Shown here: positions 19,254 to 28,246 of the stretch, one piece after another
Position numbering within the stretch: position 1 is the stretch's first letter
How the letters are laid out: every line of letters begins with the position of its first letter
Made by a program: the position numbers and the translations under genes
Source of the DNA: Phycisphaerales bacterium
GTDB taxonomy: Bacteria; Planctomycetota; Phycisphaerae; Phycisphaerales; SM1A02
Length of the DNA stretch: 64,000 nucleotides
Assembly: GCA_022446885.1 (NCBI GenBank)
Contig: JAKVBU010000007.1
Location: 20,081-84,080, forward strand
Direction: 5' to 3'
Notes under the pieces: generated by a model
What the model was told of the DNA's origin: nothing
Seen by the model: the letters and a program-made list of their open reading frames with translations, nothing else
Database searches by the model: none

Positions 19254-20750
19254 TCAGCCGCCTCCGGATTTTTCTGACGGCAGCTTGGTGACCAGCCGCA
19301 ACGACGCCGTCAGGCCCTCGAGCTGGAAGTGGGGTCGAAGGTAGAACTTCGCCGAGTAATACCCCGGATCGCCCTCGACGTCATCAACGACCACCTCAGC
19401 GGCGGCCAGGGGATACTTCGCCTTGATCTCATCGGAAGCGGTGGGATCGGTCGTCACGTACTGGGCGATCCAGTTCGTCAGCCAGTCCTGCATCTCCTTG
19501 CGCTCCTTGAAGGAGCCGACCTTGTCACGAACGATGCACTTGAGATAGTGGGCAAATCGGCTCGTGGCAAAGATGTATGGCAGGCGGGAGGCGAGCTTGG
19601 CGTTAGCCGTGGCATCTGGATCCTCGTACTCGTCCGGGTTGTTCACGGTCTGGCCAGCCATGAAGACGGCGTAGTCCGTGTTCTTCCAGTGCACGAGGGG
19701 GAGGAAGCCATTCTTGGCCAGTTCGGCCTCACGGCGGTCGGTGATGGCCACTTCGGTCGGGCACTTCATGGCCACGCCGCCGTCGTCGGTCGGGAAGGTA
19801 TGGGCCGGCAGGCCTTCGACCATGCCGCCATTCTCGACGCCGCGAATCGCGGTAGTCCACCCGTACAGCTTGAACGACTTGTTGATGTTGACGCCCATGG
19901 CGAAGGCGGCATTCATCCAGGTGTAGTCCTCACTGTTGCCCTGATCGGTGTCCTCCTCGTAGGCGAACTCGTCGATCGGGTTGGTGTTCCCGCCATAAGG
20001 CAGGCGCGAGAGCACGCGAGGCATGGTCAAGACCATGTAGCGGCTGTCTTCCGTCTTGCGGAAACTCTGCCACGCGGCGTACTCGGGCGTGCCCATGAGT
20101 TTGGTGAGATCACGCGGGTTGGCCAACTCCTGCCAGGAGTCCATGTTGAGCATGGTCGGGTCACCGGCCGCGATGAAAGGCGCATGGGCCGATGCGGCGA
20201 CCTGAGCGATGCCCTTCATGAGCTCGACGTCTGGAGGCGTCTGGTTGAAGTAGTAGTTCCCGATGAAGGTGCCGAAGGGCTCGCCACCGGGGGTGCCAAA
20301 CTCGTTCTCGTAGGCGGCCTTGAAGAAGGGGCTCTGGTCCCAAGCGGTGCCCTTGTACTTCTTGAGTTGCTTGGAGAGGTCCTTCTTGGAGATGTTCATG
20401 ACGCGGATCTTCAGCGTCTCATCGGTCTCCGAATTGCTCACCAGATAGTGGAGCCCACGCCAGGAACTCTCAAGCTCCTGAAACTGCTCGTTGTGCATGA
20501 TCACGTCGAGCTGGGACGACAGCCGCTTGTCGATCTCGGCCACCATCGACTCGATGCTCTTGACTGCATCGTCGGAAATGAGCGAGGCGTTCTTGAGCGC
20601 TGTCGAGGCGAGCGTGTTGACGGCCGACTTGATCGCGGCCTTCTGGGAATCACTCTTGGGCTTGAAGTTCTTCTCGAGCAGCGAATCGAGCTGCCCAGCT
20701 TCCATCACATCTGCTGATGCGGCCTGTTGTGCTTGTTCTTCAGGGGTCAT
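19254..20750 (-). CDS. tssC: T6SS contractile sheath large subunit TssC
   Basis: 498 aa. SWRGLHYLV, PFIAAGDPTMLNMDSWQEL, LPYIFATSRFAHYLK and YYSAKFYLRPHFQLEGL are typical VipB/TssC blocks. Confidence 0.95.
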   Translation of the reverse strand: MTPEEQAQQAASADVMEAGQLDSLLEKNFKPKSDSQKAAIKSAVNTLASTALKNASLISDDAVKSIESMVAEIDKRLSSQLDVIMHNEQFQELESSWRGLHYLVSNSETDETLKIRVMNISKKDLSKQLKKYKGTAWDQSPFFKAAYENEFGTPGGEPFGTFIGNYYFNQTPPDVELMKGIAQVAASAHAPFIAAGDPTMLNMDSWQELANPRDLTKLMGTPEYAAWQSFRKTEDSRYMVLTMPRVLSRLPYGGNTNPIDEFAYEEDTDQGNSEDYTWMNAAFAMGVNINKSFKLYGWTTAIRGVENGGMVEGLPAHTFPTDDGGVAMKCPTEVAITDRREAELAKNGFLPLVHWKNTDYAVFMAGQTVNNPDEYEDPDATANAKLASRLPYIFATSRFAHYLKCIVRDKVGSFKERKEMQDWLTNWIAQYVTTDPTASDEIKAKYPLAAAEVVVDDVEGDPGYYSAKFYLRPHFQLEGLTASLRLVTKLPSEKSGGG

Positions 20751-20773
20751 CTGTCACTCCTCCCGCAATGGGA

Positions 20774-21295
20774 TCAGCCCTCTTCCTCAGTGCCACCACC
20801 GCCCGGATTCGCCGACCCGGTCAGCGACTGGAGCAGTGCGGGGTCTTGAAGCACCTGACCGATCAGATCCTCGGCCTTTGTCTTCCCGTCCATGTATGTC
20901 AGCAGATTCGCCAGTTGTGTGCGAGCCTCGAGCAGTTCCTTCAGGCCGTCCACCTGACGAGCCACAGCCGCTGGTGAAAAGTCATCCAGACTCTCGAAGT
21001 GCAGATCGACCGGCAGTTCGCCTTCGCCTGTCATAGTGTTGGGCACACGGAATGTCGCGGCCGGCTTCATGCTCTTGAGGCGGTCGTCGAAGTTGTCCAC
21101 ATCGATGTCGAGGAATTTCCGTTCACCTGGTGCCGGCTGGTCGTCGCCACCTGAACCCGAGAGATCGGAAACGACGCCCGTGACGAACGGGAGATTGACC
21201 TTCTTCTGGGATCCGTAGAGTTCCACGTCGTACTCGATCTGGACTCTGGGCGGTCGATTGCGCCCGATGAACTTCTGTGCACTTGCCTTCGCCAT
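20774..21295 (-). CDS. tssB: T6SS contractile sheath small subunit TssB
   Basis: 173 aa. PPRVQIEYDVELYGSQKKVNLPFVTGVVSDLSG is the VipA/TssB signature. Confidence 0.95.
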   Translation of the reverse strand: MAKASAQKFIGRNRPPRVQIEYDVELYGSQKKVNLPFVTGVVSDLSGSGGDDQPAPGERKFLDIDVDNFDDRLKSMKPAATFRVPNTMTGEGELPVDLHFESLDDFSPAAVARQVDGLKELLEARTQLANLLTYMDGKTKAEDLIGQVLQDPALLQSLTGSANPGGGGTEEEG

Positions 21296-21344
21296 AGGTG
21301 AGTCTCCCCCCTTGCGTCAGGGGTTGTGGGTTCCTTCATCTTTC

Positions 21345-21372
21345 GGTCTCGACCGTGCGATCGATCGAGACC
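21345..21372. promoter_or_regulatory. inverted repeat in the divergent tssB/tssA control region (operator candidate)
   Basis: GGTCTCGA-N12-TCGAGACC perfect 8-bp arms, with a CGATCGATCG palindrome inside, in the 129-nt divergent intergenic region. Confidence 0.25.
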
Positions 21373-21424
21373 CGCAGAGAGTACAGTAGCATCGCCCGCG
21401 ACTAGATGTGAGGCAGGCGAGTGC

Positions 21425-22429
21425 ATGGCTACGAATGACTACATAGAGGGTTTTTTGGCGCCGGTATCGGATGAGAGCCCGGCCGGGATCGACGTCGAAT
21501 ACGACCCGGACTTCCTCCAGTTGGAGGCCATGCTCCCTGACACCACCGAGTCGATGCTCGAACCTGCAGAGGAGTCGTCCACTGATTGGCGAGGCATTCG
21601 CAATTCCGCAGAGGGCATACTCAAGCGGTCCAAGCACCTGCCCTCGGCGGTGCTGCTCTCGGCGGCCCTTGTCGAGACCCGAGGGCTTCCGGGGCTACGC
21701 GACGGACTATCGATCGTCCAGGGCATCATCGCCCAGTACTGGGACACGTTCTGGCCACGCATCGACGAAGAAGATCCTGACCCAATCGAACGGGTGAATA
21801 TTCTCGCCGGGCTGTCGCCTCCGATTTCATCTAGCGACTCCATCGGCTTCACCCGACTGGTGCAGGACATGCCCATCGTCACGGGAAAGTTGGCGGGCGC
21901 CCTGACACTCAAGACGATCCAGTCTGGCGCTAATGCCGAAGAAGGCGAGGCGGACGCCAGCGTCGTTTTGCCCGACGCGGACCCAGAAGACGTTGAAGCT
22001 GCCTCTCAGGCAACCCAGGATTGCCTTGACTCTCTCGAGGACATTGCTGAGCGTGTCTCAGCCCAGACCGATGGACAGGGCATCGTCGATTTCGGAGTGC
22101 TCACCGGCCAACTCAAAGAGATCCATCGGCCACTGGCGACCTTCCTTGGACAGGATGTCGGTGACGATGACGATGACGCGGGCTCTAGCGATGGTGGCCA
22201 GGGCGGATCGGGCCCCATCCGCAGCCGCTCGGATGTCGTGGCAGCCCTCGATCGCATCACCGACTGGTATGCCCAGAACGAGCCGGGCAGCCCGATTCCA
22301 CTCCTGCTGGACCGAGTGCGCAAGATGGTGCACATGAGCTTCCCGGAGCTGATGACCCAGATCTTCCCCGATGCCGTCGAAGGCGCCCGACTCATGGTGC
22401 ACGAAGCGGAAGAGTCGAACTTCGACTGA
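21425..22429 (+). CDS. tssA: T6SS protein TssA, short ImpA-family form
   Basis: ImpA_N signature FLAPVSDESPAGIDVEYDPDFLQLE. Acidic linker, then C-terminal DWYAQNEPGSPIPLLLDRVRKMVHMSFPELM. Start at the ATG at 21425. Confidence 0.88.
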   Translation: MATNDYIEGFLAPVSDESPAGIDVEYDPDFLQLEAMLPDTTESMLEPAEESSTDWRGIRNSAEGILKRSKHLPSAVLLSAALVETRGLPGLRDGLSIVQGIIAQYWDTFWPRIDEEDPDPIERVNILAGLSPPISSSDSIGFTRLVQDMPIVTGKLAGALTLKTIQSGANAEEGEADASVVLPDADPEDVEAASQATQDCLDSLEDIAERVSAQTDGQGIVDFGVLTGQLKEIHRPLATFLGQDVGDDDDDAGSSDGGQGGSGPIRSRSDVVAALDRITDWYAQNEPGSPIPLLLDRVRKMVHMSFPELMTQIFPDAVEGARLMVHEAEESNFD

Positions 22430-22505
22430 GGTCCTGAGGTCAGTTGCAGCTCCGAAGCGCCGGCTTCGAGTGGCCCATGACCCACCCCACCCCCACCCAA
22501 CAGCG

Positions 22506-25500
22506 TCAGGACCCACCGGTCGCGGCAGTCTTTGCCGCCTCCGTACCAGCTGACTGCGCCGCAGACTCCGCCGAAGATGGGGGCGCTGTGGTCGAGGGAG
22601 CCCCAGCCGGAGGTGCGGATGGTTGTGCCTGGGCGTTGGTGGCGGGGCCAGGTGGGGCACTTGCTGATTGCGTGCCAATCTGCGCTGGCGTATTGGCCAT
22701 TTTGGCCGCGTCCGTTCCAATCACCGGCGAGGTCATGCTCGATGGTGCCCCTTGCCCGATTCCAGTCGCATTTGCCTGATCCGTAGTTGCTGGAGGCGAG
22801 GTCGTCAGTTCAGCAGGGGCTCCGGCCGAATCACCTTCAGCCGCTTCGGGTGCCCCACCGCCCGATCCACCGAACAGCAGATTGTCTGGCCAATCTGACG
22901 GTGTCGGCCAATTGGCGACCTGAGGCAGCGGCCTCTGCAGTTTGAGCCCGAACCACCAATAGCACTCGAGCTCGAAGTCATTGTCAAACAGGATCGGAAT
23001 CCAGACGATGCCAGTCTTTTGATCGGCATCAGTCTGTGGGTTGAGATAGGCGTCGATCAACGCCCACGAACCGGACCAATGCACGACCGGGCCCGGAGCC
23101 AGGTCATCGACTCCGCGGAAGAACCTGATCTCCAGATTGGTTGCCGCCGCAGAAATCTGAACGTCTTTGCGCTCCAACTGTGTTCCGTCGCCCCGCATCG
23201 TCTCGACGCGGTTGCCCACCCGTGTTCCGTCGACCCAGATCTCCACATACCGGTACTGCATTGCCCCGTTCACCGGAAACTTCTGCGCCGTAGGCATCTT
23301 GGGCACCATCAAGGTGCGTTCGATTGGCGGTTGGATGAACGTGCCGCTCAGAGGCCCCGGCACACTCGCCAGCGCCATCACCACGTTTCCGACCCGCTGG
23401 GCAGCGGTGCGGGTGGGCGGCATCGCGGCGACGTTGCCCTGCGCCAGCCCCTGCGATGGCAACAACCCATCACGCAAGCGGGCCAATTCGTAGTCGATGC
23501 CGGGATCACCTGTTGTTCCACCAGCCAGAATGGTCTGTTGACCGGGCGATGGCGCCTTGGCACCACTGGCCCCGGCACTTGCATTCGATGCGTCCGTGCT
23601 GGTCTTGAGGCCGGTGTAGAAGCTGCCGATCTTGCCGGCCAGGACGTTGATCTCTGCCTGGGACAGGGCGTCGAGGTGGTTTCCGGTGTTCAGCACCGGC
23701 CACTTGAACGCGGTGCTCGCAACCTTGGATATGGCCTGCTCGGCGCCTTGGGAGATCGAGTTACTCAATGACTCCAACCCCGCCATAATGAGCTGGTCCC
23801 AGTAGGCGATCGTCTCCTTGGCGCCAGGCGTGTACAGAAAGAAGTACCGCGTCGTGAATTGCTTGATTGTCAGACCGAGCAGTTGCGTCCGTGCCGACGA
23901 AGCCGAATCAGGGAGCCCCTGCCAACGAAGAATCGCCGCCTGAGCACTGGACGTGGTGATCGCCGTGAGCTGCGTCAGCTGCGTGTTGATGGAGGTGAGT
24001 AAGGCCTTGGCCTGGGCAGCCTCCTCGGTGTCCTCGCTGAGGAAACCCACCTGTAGAGCAAGTCGAACCTGCTGCAGATACCCCTGCAGGGCGCTGTTCA
24101 CTTGGAAGGGCCGTAAGGTGGCAAGACTGGACTGATAGTCAGACCAAGTTTCGATTGGCGCAAACTGCCCCGAAGCCTGCATGGCGCGAGCCCAATAGTC
24201 CACATACAGACTGATGTAGCCCCGCAGCGATGCGGCCCGACTGTTGTACTTGCTGGTGAGTTGCGGCTGGCCCAGCATGGGAATGGTCGGCACCTTGGAA
24301 GCACCAGCTGCATCAGGAGTGGGTGCAGCGGTGGCAGCGCCCTGCCCGGTCAACTCACTGGCGGACTTGACTGAGTCGATCATGCCCTTGATCCGCTGCC
24401 AAGGTGCGACGACGTGAGCAGCAGCGATCGGGTTATACGCGCCGTCAAACGTGCCTGAGTCGGGTTGCTGGGTCAGGGGAATACCAGGGCGGAACCACGA
24501 AGAGGTTGCAGAAACCTCGCTGGCCACTTTCGTGGCGATCTCCTGCGATGACTGGGGCAGCGTCTCGATGGTGTTCGAGATCGCCCAGTACATCGCGCTC
24601 CAATTGGCCATGGCCGTGAGCATCGGCGCGGCCTTGGCGAAGTCCTTGGACTCCTGCGAGGGGCCCAATGCCGGGAGCGCTCCAGTGACGACGGAAGAGA
24701 GGTTCCGGCTGGCAACAACCTGCTCTGCCAACGTCGAACTGAAGTCAGCCACGGTCCCCGTGGGCCTGGCATTCATTCGCAGATCGATTTGAGACAGCAC
24801 ATCCATCTGCATGCTGGCGAGCAACTTTGGTGGTACCGGCGCGGGAGGTGCCGCATTTGCCAGGGCACCAGGCTGTGGCTTGGGGGGCTTGGGTACGACC
24901 CATGCCGTCTTGTCAAGGGCTCGGGCCTTCGCGATCAGGGCCCTGGATCGCTTGACCTGCTCTTGCTGCACCGTCGCCTGCAGATTGGTCAGGTGTTGCC
25001 TGATCCGCCGGAGCATCTGCGACCCACCCGTGCCCGCTGCGCTTCGAAGCACCACCGTCCGGGCGAGTAGCATGTCGAACTGCTTGAGCAGGGCGGCCTC
25101 GTCCTCTCTTGTTGCCCGCTCCACCATCGGCACGAGCAATTCACTGGCACCCCGCTTGAGCTCATTCGAATTCACTCGCCATAGATTGTTGGCATCAGTC
25201 GCCCGGGCCATGGCTGCGTTCCACCCCACAAGCACACCCTTGGCCTGCGCCTCAGTGGGCGGACGAATGGTGAATGCCTGAAGCGTCGCTGCCAACGCCT
25301 CGAGTTCCTTCGAGGCAGCTTGAAAATCAAGTATGCCCTTGATCGCATCCTCAGCCTGCCCCAGCGGCATCGTCGCCAAATACTCAGGCCGGGTCCAGGC
25401 CTTCGCATACCGCTCCATGCCGTGCAGAATCGCCAACGTGCTCTCGCGGGATCCGGCGCCGGCGGAGATCAGTGCTGCATCCAAAGAGTAGGCATCGGTG

Positions 25501-27467
25501 TCGGGCAGCAATTTGCTGATCCCGGTGCCGACCTCGAAGCCCTGAATGGTCGGTGCCAATCCAGAATCTGAATTGCCTTGTGTCAACACGTATGTGAGCA
25601 TGGGCCCCACGTCAATCGCCCCGAACCGGAATGTGTAGTACCAGTCGCTGTTGAAGTTCACCCGCGCCTGTTCAAGCTGTAGCAGATCGGCAAATGCCTG
25701 CGTTGCCTGAGGCGTCCAGTCAATCTCTGATTGACGCATCGACTCTTGCGCAGCAGCAACCAGAGGACGCAGCAACATCGGGTTGAAGAGTGAACGGAAT
25801 GCGAGCTTGCGTTGTGTGCCCAGCAGATCATCACGCACTGTGCCCATGTCGATGGAGGTCAGGCGAAATGCTGACGGAACGGTGCGCCGCTCGGTAGCGG
25901 CGGTGGCCGCCGTCGCAAGAAACTGCCCTCGGGTGATGTTCGCCTTGGGCATCTGCTCGTCTTCAGTCAAGCGAAAACTGCCGTCGGAATTGGCGGCGAT
26001 CAGTTCCGCGCCGTCCAGCCCCCCGTTCTTGATCTCCGATTCAAAAATCGACCAGTCCGCGTTGATTCGCCTTGCAGTCTTCTCCAGATCAACCCCACTG
26101 GTGAAGGTGCCAATCATGAACAACACCAAGACGGCATAGACCGCGGCCATCGACCCGACCAACGTGAGGTAGATCTTCCTGAACCGGGAGGGGCTCACCC
26201 GAGCGAGGGTGGACTCACGAAAGATCTTCTCCACGAACACGTCGCGAATGAACCGGCCAGTCCGATTGCTTCCAGTGATGTCATCCTTGTCCGCTTCGGC
26301 CGCCGTCAGGTACACGCCTCGAAGCGAGCAGTTGTGCAGTGAGGAAACCTCTCCGAATACGGCGTGGCACAACTCGGTAACGCCTGCACCCAGTTTGCGG
26401 ATGCGGTCCGGCAGGCTGAACAAACGCGATGCCCGAAGGAAGTACTCCGGCTCAGTTGAGCCAATGCGCAGGTCAGATCGAGCCAGCAGCGACTCGCCGA
26501 CATAGCCCATCCGGTCAGCAAGCGCTTCCATGCCCTCGGCGAGTTCGGGTCTGGCGAAAGGCTCTCCTGCTCGCACCTGTGTTGACCACCCGACGATCTG
26601 CCGGCTCTGGCCACCGGCCGACAGCGATCGCATGACCGACGACAGGCCCTCGACCTCATCGCATTTGGTCACCAAAACATAGACGGGTAGATCCAGGCCG
26701 AGCACGTTCACCGTGTCGAGCAGCATGCCTCGGAGATAGTTGATCTCTGATTGCAAGGCTGCATCTGATCCCAGCAGCGTGTGTGCCTCGATGGCAAGAA
26801 TGATGCCCCGAAGCTCCGGCGTGCTGCGGTCCTTGCGAATCCACTTGAGCAACTCGCGATACTCGGCAGCGCCTCGATTGCCCCACTCGGGCCGAAGCAC
26901 CTCACCTGCCGGATCAAGAATGGTGCCATTGGAGTGGAACCACCACTTGAGTCGCTGTGATTCCGACCCTGCGGCGGTATGCTCGGTGTCCAGCAGATCT
27001 AGGTCGCTGGACTCCATGAGCGTCGAGCGACCAGAACCGGGGCCGCCAACCAGAATGAACCATGGCCTGTTACGGGCATCCGCACCTGTGCTTGACAGCC
27101 GCCCCGTGCCTTCAATGAAGTCCTGCTTCAGCTCGTCCAGGCGGCGGCTGAGCACATCGGGCTCGGCCTCTTCGCCTTCCTTGCCGCCGCGAGCAACCTC
27201 GGCCAGGCGGCTGCGCAGGAACAAGTCGCGTCGAGCGGTCTTGACGGCCTTTCGCCGCTGCATGCTCATCCGAAACCGCATCGAGAGACCTCGCAGGATC
27301 GGCAGGAGAATCACGAACAGGCCGATGACACCGACAATGATGCCGACCCACAGGATCCAACCGCTGTCCGGGCTTGACGAAGCAGCGCGAGCTGCCAACG
27401 ACGCTCCCGAAGCCACGGGCGACAGTGCCACAACGCTGCAACCTGCGATCGTCAGCCGAGTGTTCAC
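22506..27467 (-). CDS. tssM: T6SS membrane-complex protein TssM (IcmF family), unusually long at 1653 aa
   Basis: Two N-terminal TM helices, a cytoplasmic NTPase-like domain (WFILVGGPGSGRSTL), and a third TM around aa 432-455. The long periplasmic region ends in an IcmF-C-like block (HWSGSWALIDAYL) and an Ala/Pro/Ser/Thr tail. Overlaps the tssL stop by 4 nt. Confidence 0.9.
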   Translation of the reverse strand: MNTRLTIAGCSVVALSPVASGASLAARAASSSPDSGWILWVGIIVGVIGLFVILLPILRGLSMRFRMSMQRRKAVKTARRDLFLRSRLAEVARGGKEGEEAEPDVLSRRLDELKQDFIEGTGRLSSTGADARNRPWFILVGGPGSGRSTLMESSDLDLLDTEHTAAGSESQRLKWWFHSNGTILDPAGEVLRPEWGNRGAAEYRELLKWIRKDRSTPELRGIILAIEAHTLLGSDAALQSEINYLRGMLLDTVNVLGLDLPVYVLVTKCDEVEGLSSVMRSLSAGGQSRQIVGWSTQVRAGEPFARPELAEGMEALADRMGYVGESLLARSDLRIGSTEPEYFLRASRLFSLPDRIRKLGAGVTELCHAVFGEVSSLHNCSLRGVYLTAAEADKDDITGSNRTGRFIRDVFVEKIFRESTLARVSPSRFRKIYLTLVGSMAAVYAVLVLFMIGTFTSGVDLEKTARRINADWSIFESEIKNGGLDGAELIAANSDGSFRLTEDEQMPKANITRGQFLATAATAATERRTVPSAFRLTSIDMGTVRDDLLGTQRKLAFRSLFNPMLLRPLVAAAQESMRQSEIDWTPQATQAFADLLQLEQARVNFNSDWYYTFRFGAIDVGPMLTYVLTQGNSDSGLAPTIQGFEVGTGISKLLPDTDAYSLDAALISAGAGSRESTLAILHGMERYAKAWTRPEYLATMPLGQAEDAIKGILDFQAASKELEALAATLQAFTIRPPTEAQAKGVLVGWNAAMARATDANNLWRVNSNELKRGASELLVPMVERATREDEAALLKQFDMLLARTVVLRSAAGTGGSQMLRRIRQHLTNLQATVQQEQVKRSRALIAKARALDKTAWVVPKPPKPQPGALANAAPPAPVPPKLLASMQMDVLSQIDLRMNARPTGTVADFSSTLAEQVVASRNLSSVVTGALPALGPSQESKDFAKAAPMLTAMANWSAMYWAISNTIETLPQSSQEIATKVASEVSATSSWFRPGIPLTQQPDSGTFDGAYNPIAAAHVVAPWQRIKGMIDSVKSASELTGQGAATAAPTPDAAGASKVPTIPMLGQPQLTSKYNSRAASLRGYISLYVDYWARAMQASGQFAPIETWSDYQSSLATLRPFQVNSALQGYLQQVRLALQVGFLSEDTEEAAQAKALLTSINTQLTQLTAITTSSAQAAILRWQGLPDSASSARTQLLGLTIKQFTTRYFFLYTPGAKETIAYWDQLIMAGLESLSNSISQGAEQAISKVASTAFKWPVLNTGNHLDALSQAEINVLAGKIGSFYTGLKTSTDASNASAGASGAKAPSPGQQTILAGGTTGDPGIDYELARLRDGLLPSQGLAQGNVAAMPPTRTAAQRVGNVVMALASVPGPLSGTFIQPPIERTLMVPKMPTAQKFPVNGAMQYRYVEIWVDGTRVGNRVETMRGDGTQLERKDVQISAAATNLEIRFFRGVDDLAPGPVVHWSGSWALIDAYLNPQTDADQKTGIVWIPILFDNDFELECYWWFGLKLQRPLPQVANWPTPSDWPDNLLFGGSGGGAPEAAEGDSAGAPAELTTSPPATTDQANATGIGQGAPSSMTSPVIGTDAAKMANTPAQIGTQSASAPPGPATNAQAQPSAPPAGAPSTTAPPSSAESAAQSAGTEAAKTAATGGS

Positions 27468-28246
27468 GGTGTCACAGGCTCCGTTCCGGTCGACTCGGTC
27501 GGTCCCGTGGGCGGATCCACTTCTTCCGTAATCAGCACGCGCGACATGCCCAAATCCGGCCTGAGGGCTGCCGATGCGATGCCCTCCAGCCGACGGCGCG
27601 GCTCATTCACATCGAGGCGAAATATGGCCTGGTTCGCGATGTAAGTGGCAAGGAAGCCCACGAGGCACACGGCTGCCGCCATTCGCCATCGCTTGACCCG
27701 CATGGGACGGCGGCGAGTGCGTGCATCGCGATGCTCATACGCCTCGGGCGTCACACGCCCCGTCTCGACCAGTTCAGGCGCCAATCCCAGCCGCAACGCA
27801 CATCGACGGAACAATCGATCGAGTTCAGGTGCGTCCGGCCTGTATGCACCGCTGAATCCCAGTGCCATGCAATCGTAGTACACCTGCACCCGCTCAGTTG
27901 CCAATTCCGAGGGATCCCCCAGCGTCTGCTCGAGTAGATCGAAGAACTTCTCATCGCCGGCAAGTTCATTTCGCTCGAATGCAAGTTCCTGCCAGGTACC
28001 CGTCACCGGCAGGCGCTCCTTCATCACAAAGTCGACGAAGAACAGCAAGGGCAATTCCGTCATCAGGAACTGACGCCCCAGTTGGGGGGACCGGCGGCTC
28101 TCCGATCGGAGTGTGTCTAGCTGCGACATGACTGACGTCCGGGCAGAGACGGCATCAAGCTGGGTTCCGGCGGCGGACTCGTCCGACCATGCACAGATCA
28201 TTGTGAAGAGGGGGCGACAGAAGATGGCGATCTTGTCTTCACGCAT
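27464..28246 (-). CDS. tssL: T6SS membrane-complex protein TssL (DotU family)
   Basis: VQVYYDCMALGFSGAYR is the DotU signature. A single TM (WRMAAAVCLVGFLATYI) is followed by a short tail with no OmpA/PG-binding domain. Start at the ATG at 28246, overlapping the tssK stop by 8 nt. Confidence 0.88.
   Translation of the reverse strand: MREDKIAIFCRPLFTMICAWSDESAAGTQLDAVSARTSVMSQLDTLRSESRRSPQLGRQFLMTELPLLFFVDFVMKERLPVTGTWQELAFERNELAGDEKFFDLLEQTLGDPSELATERVQVYYDCMALGFSGAYRPDAPELDRLFRRCALRLGLAPELVETGRVTPEAYEHRDARTRRRPMRVKRWRMAAAVCLVGFLATYIANQAIFRLDVNEPRRRLEGIASAALRPDLGMSRVLITEEVDPPTGPTESTGTEPVTP

Noticed and set aside
19329-20717. 462-aa ORF antisense to tssC
   Set aside because: Same reasoning: tssC on the minus strand is unambiguous, and the plus-strand product has an antisense-type composition with no recognisable domain.
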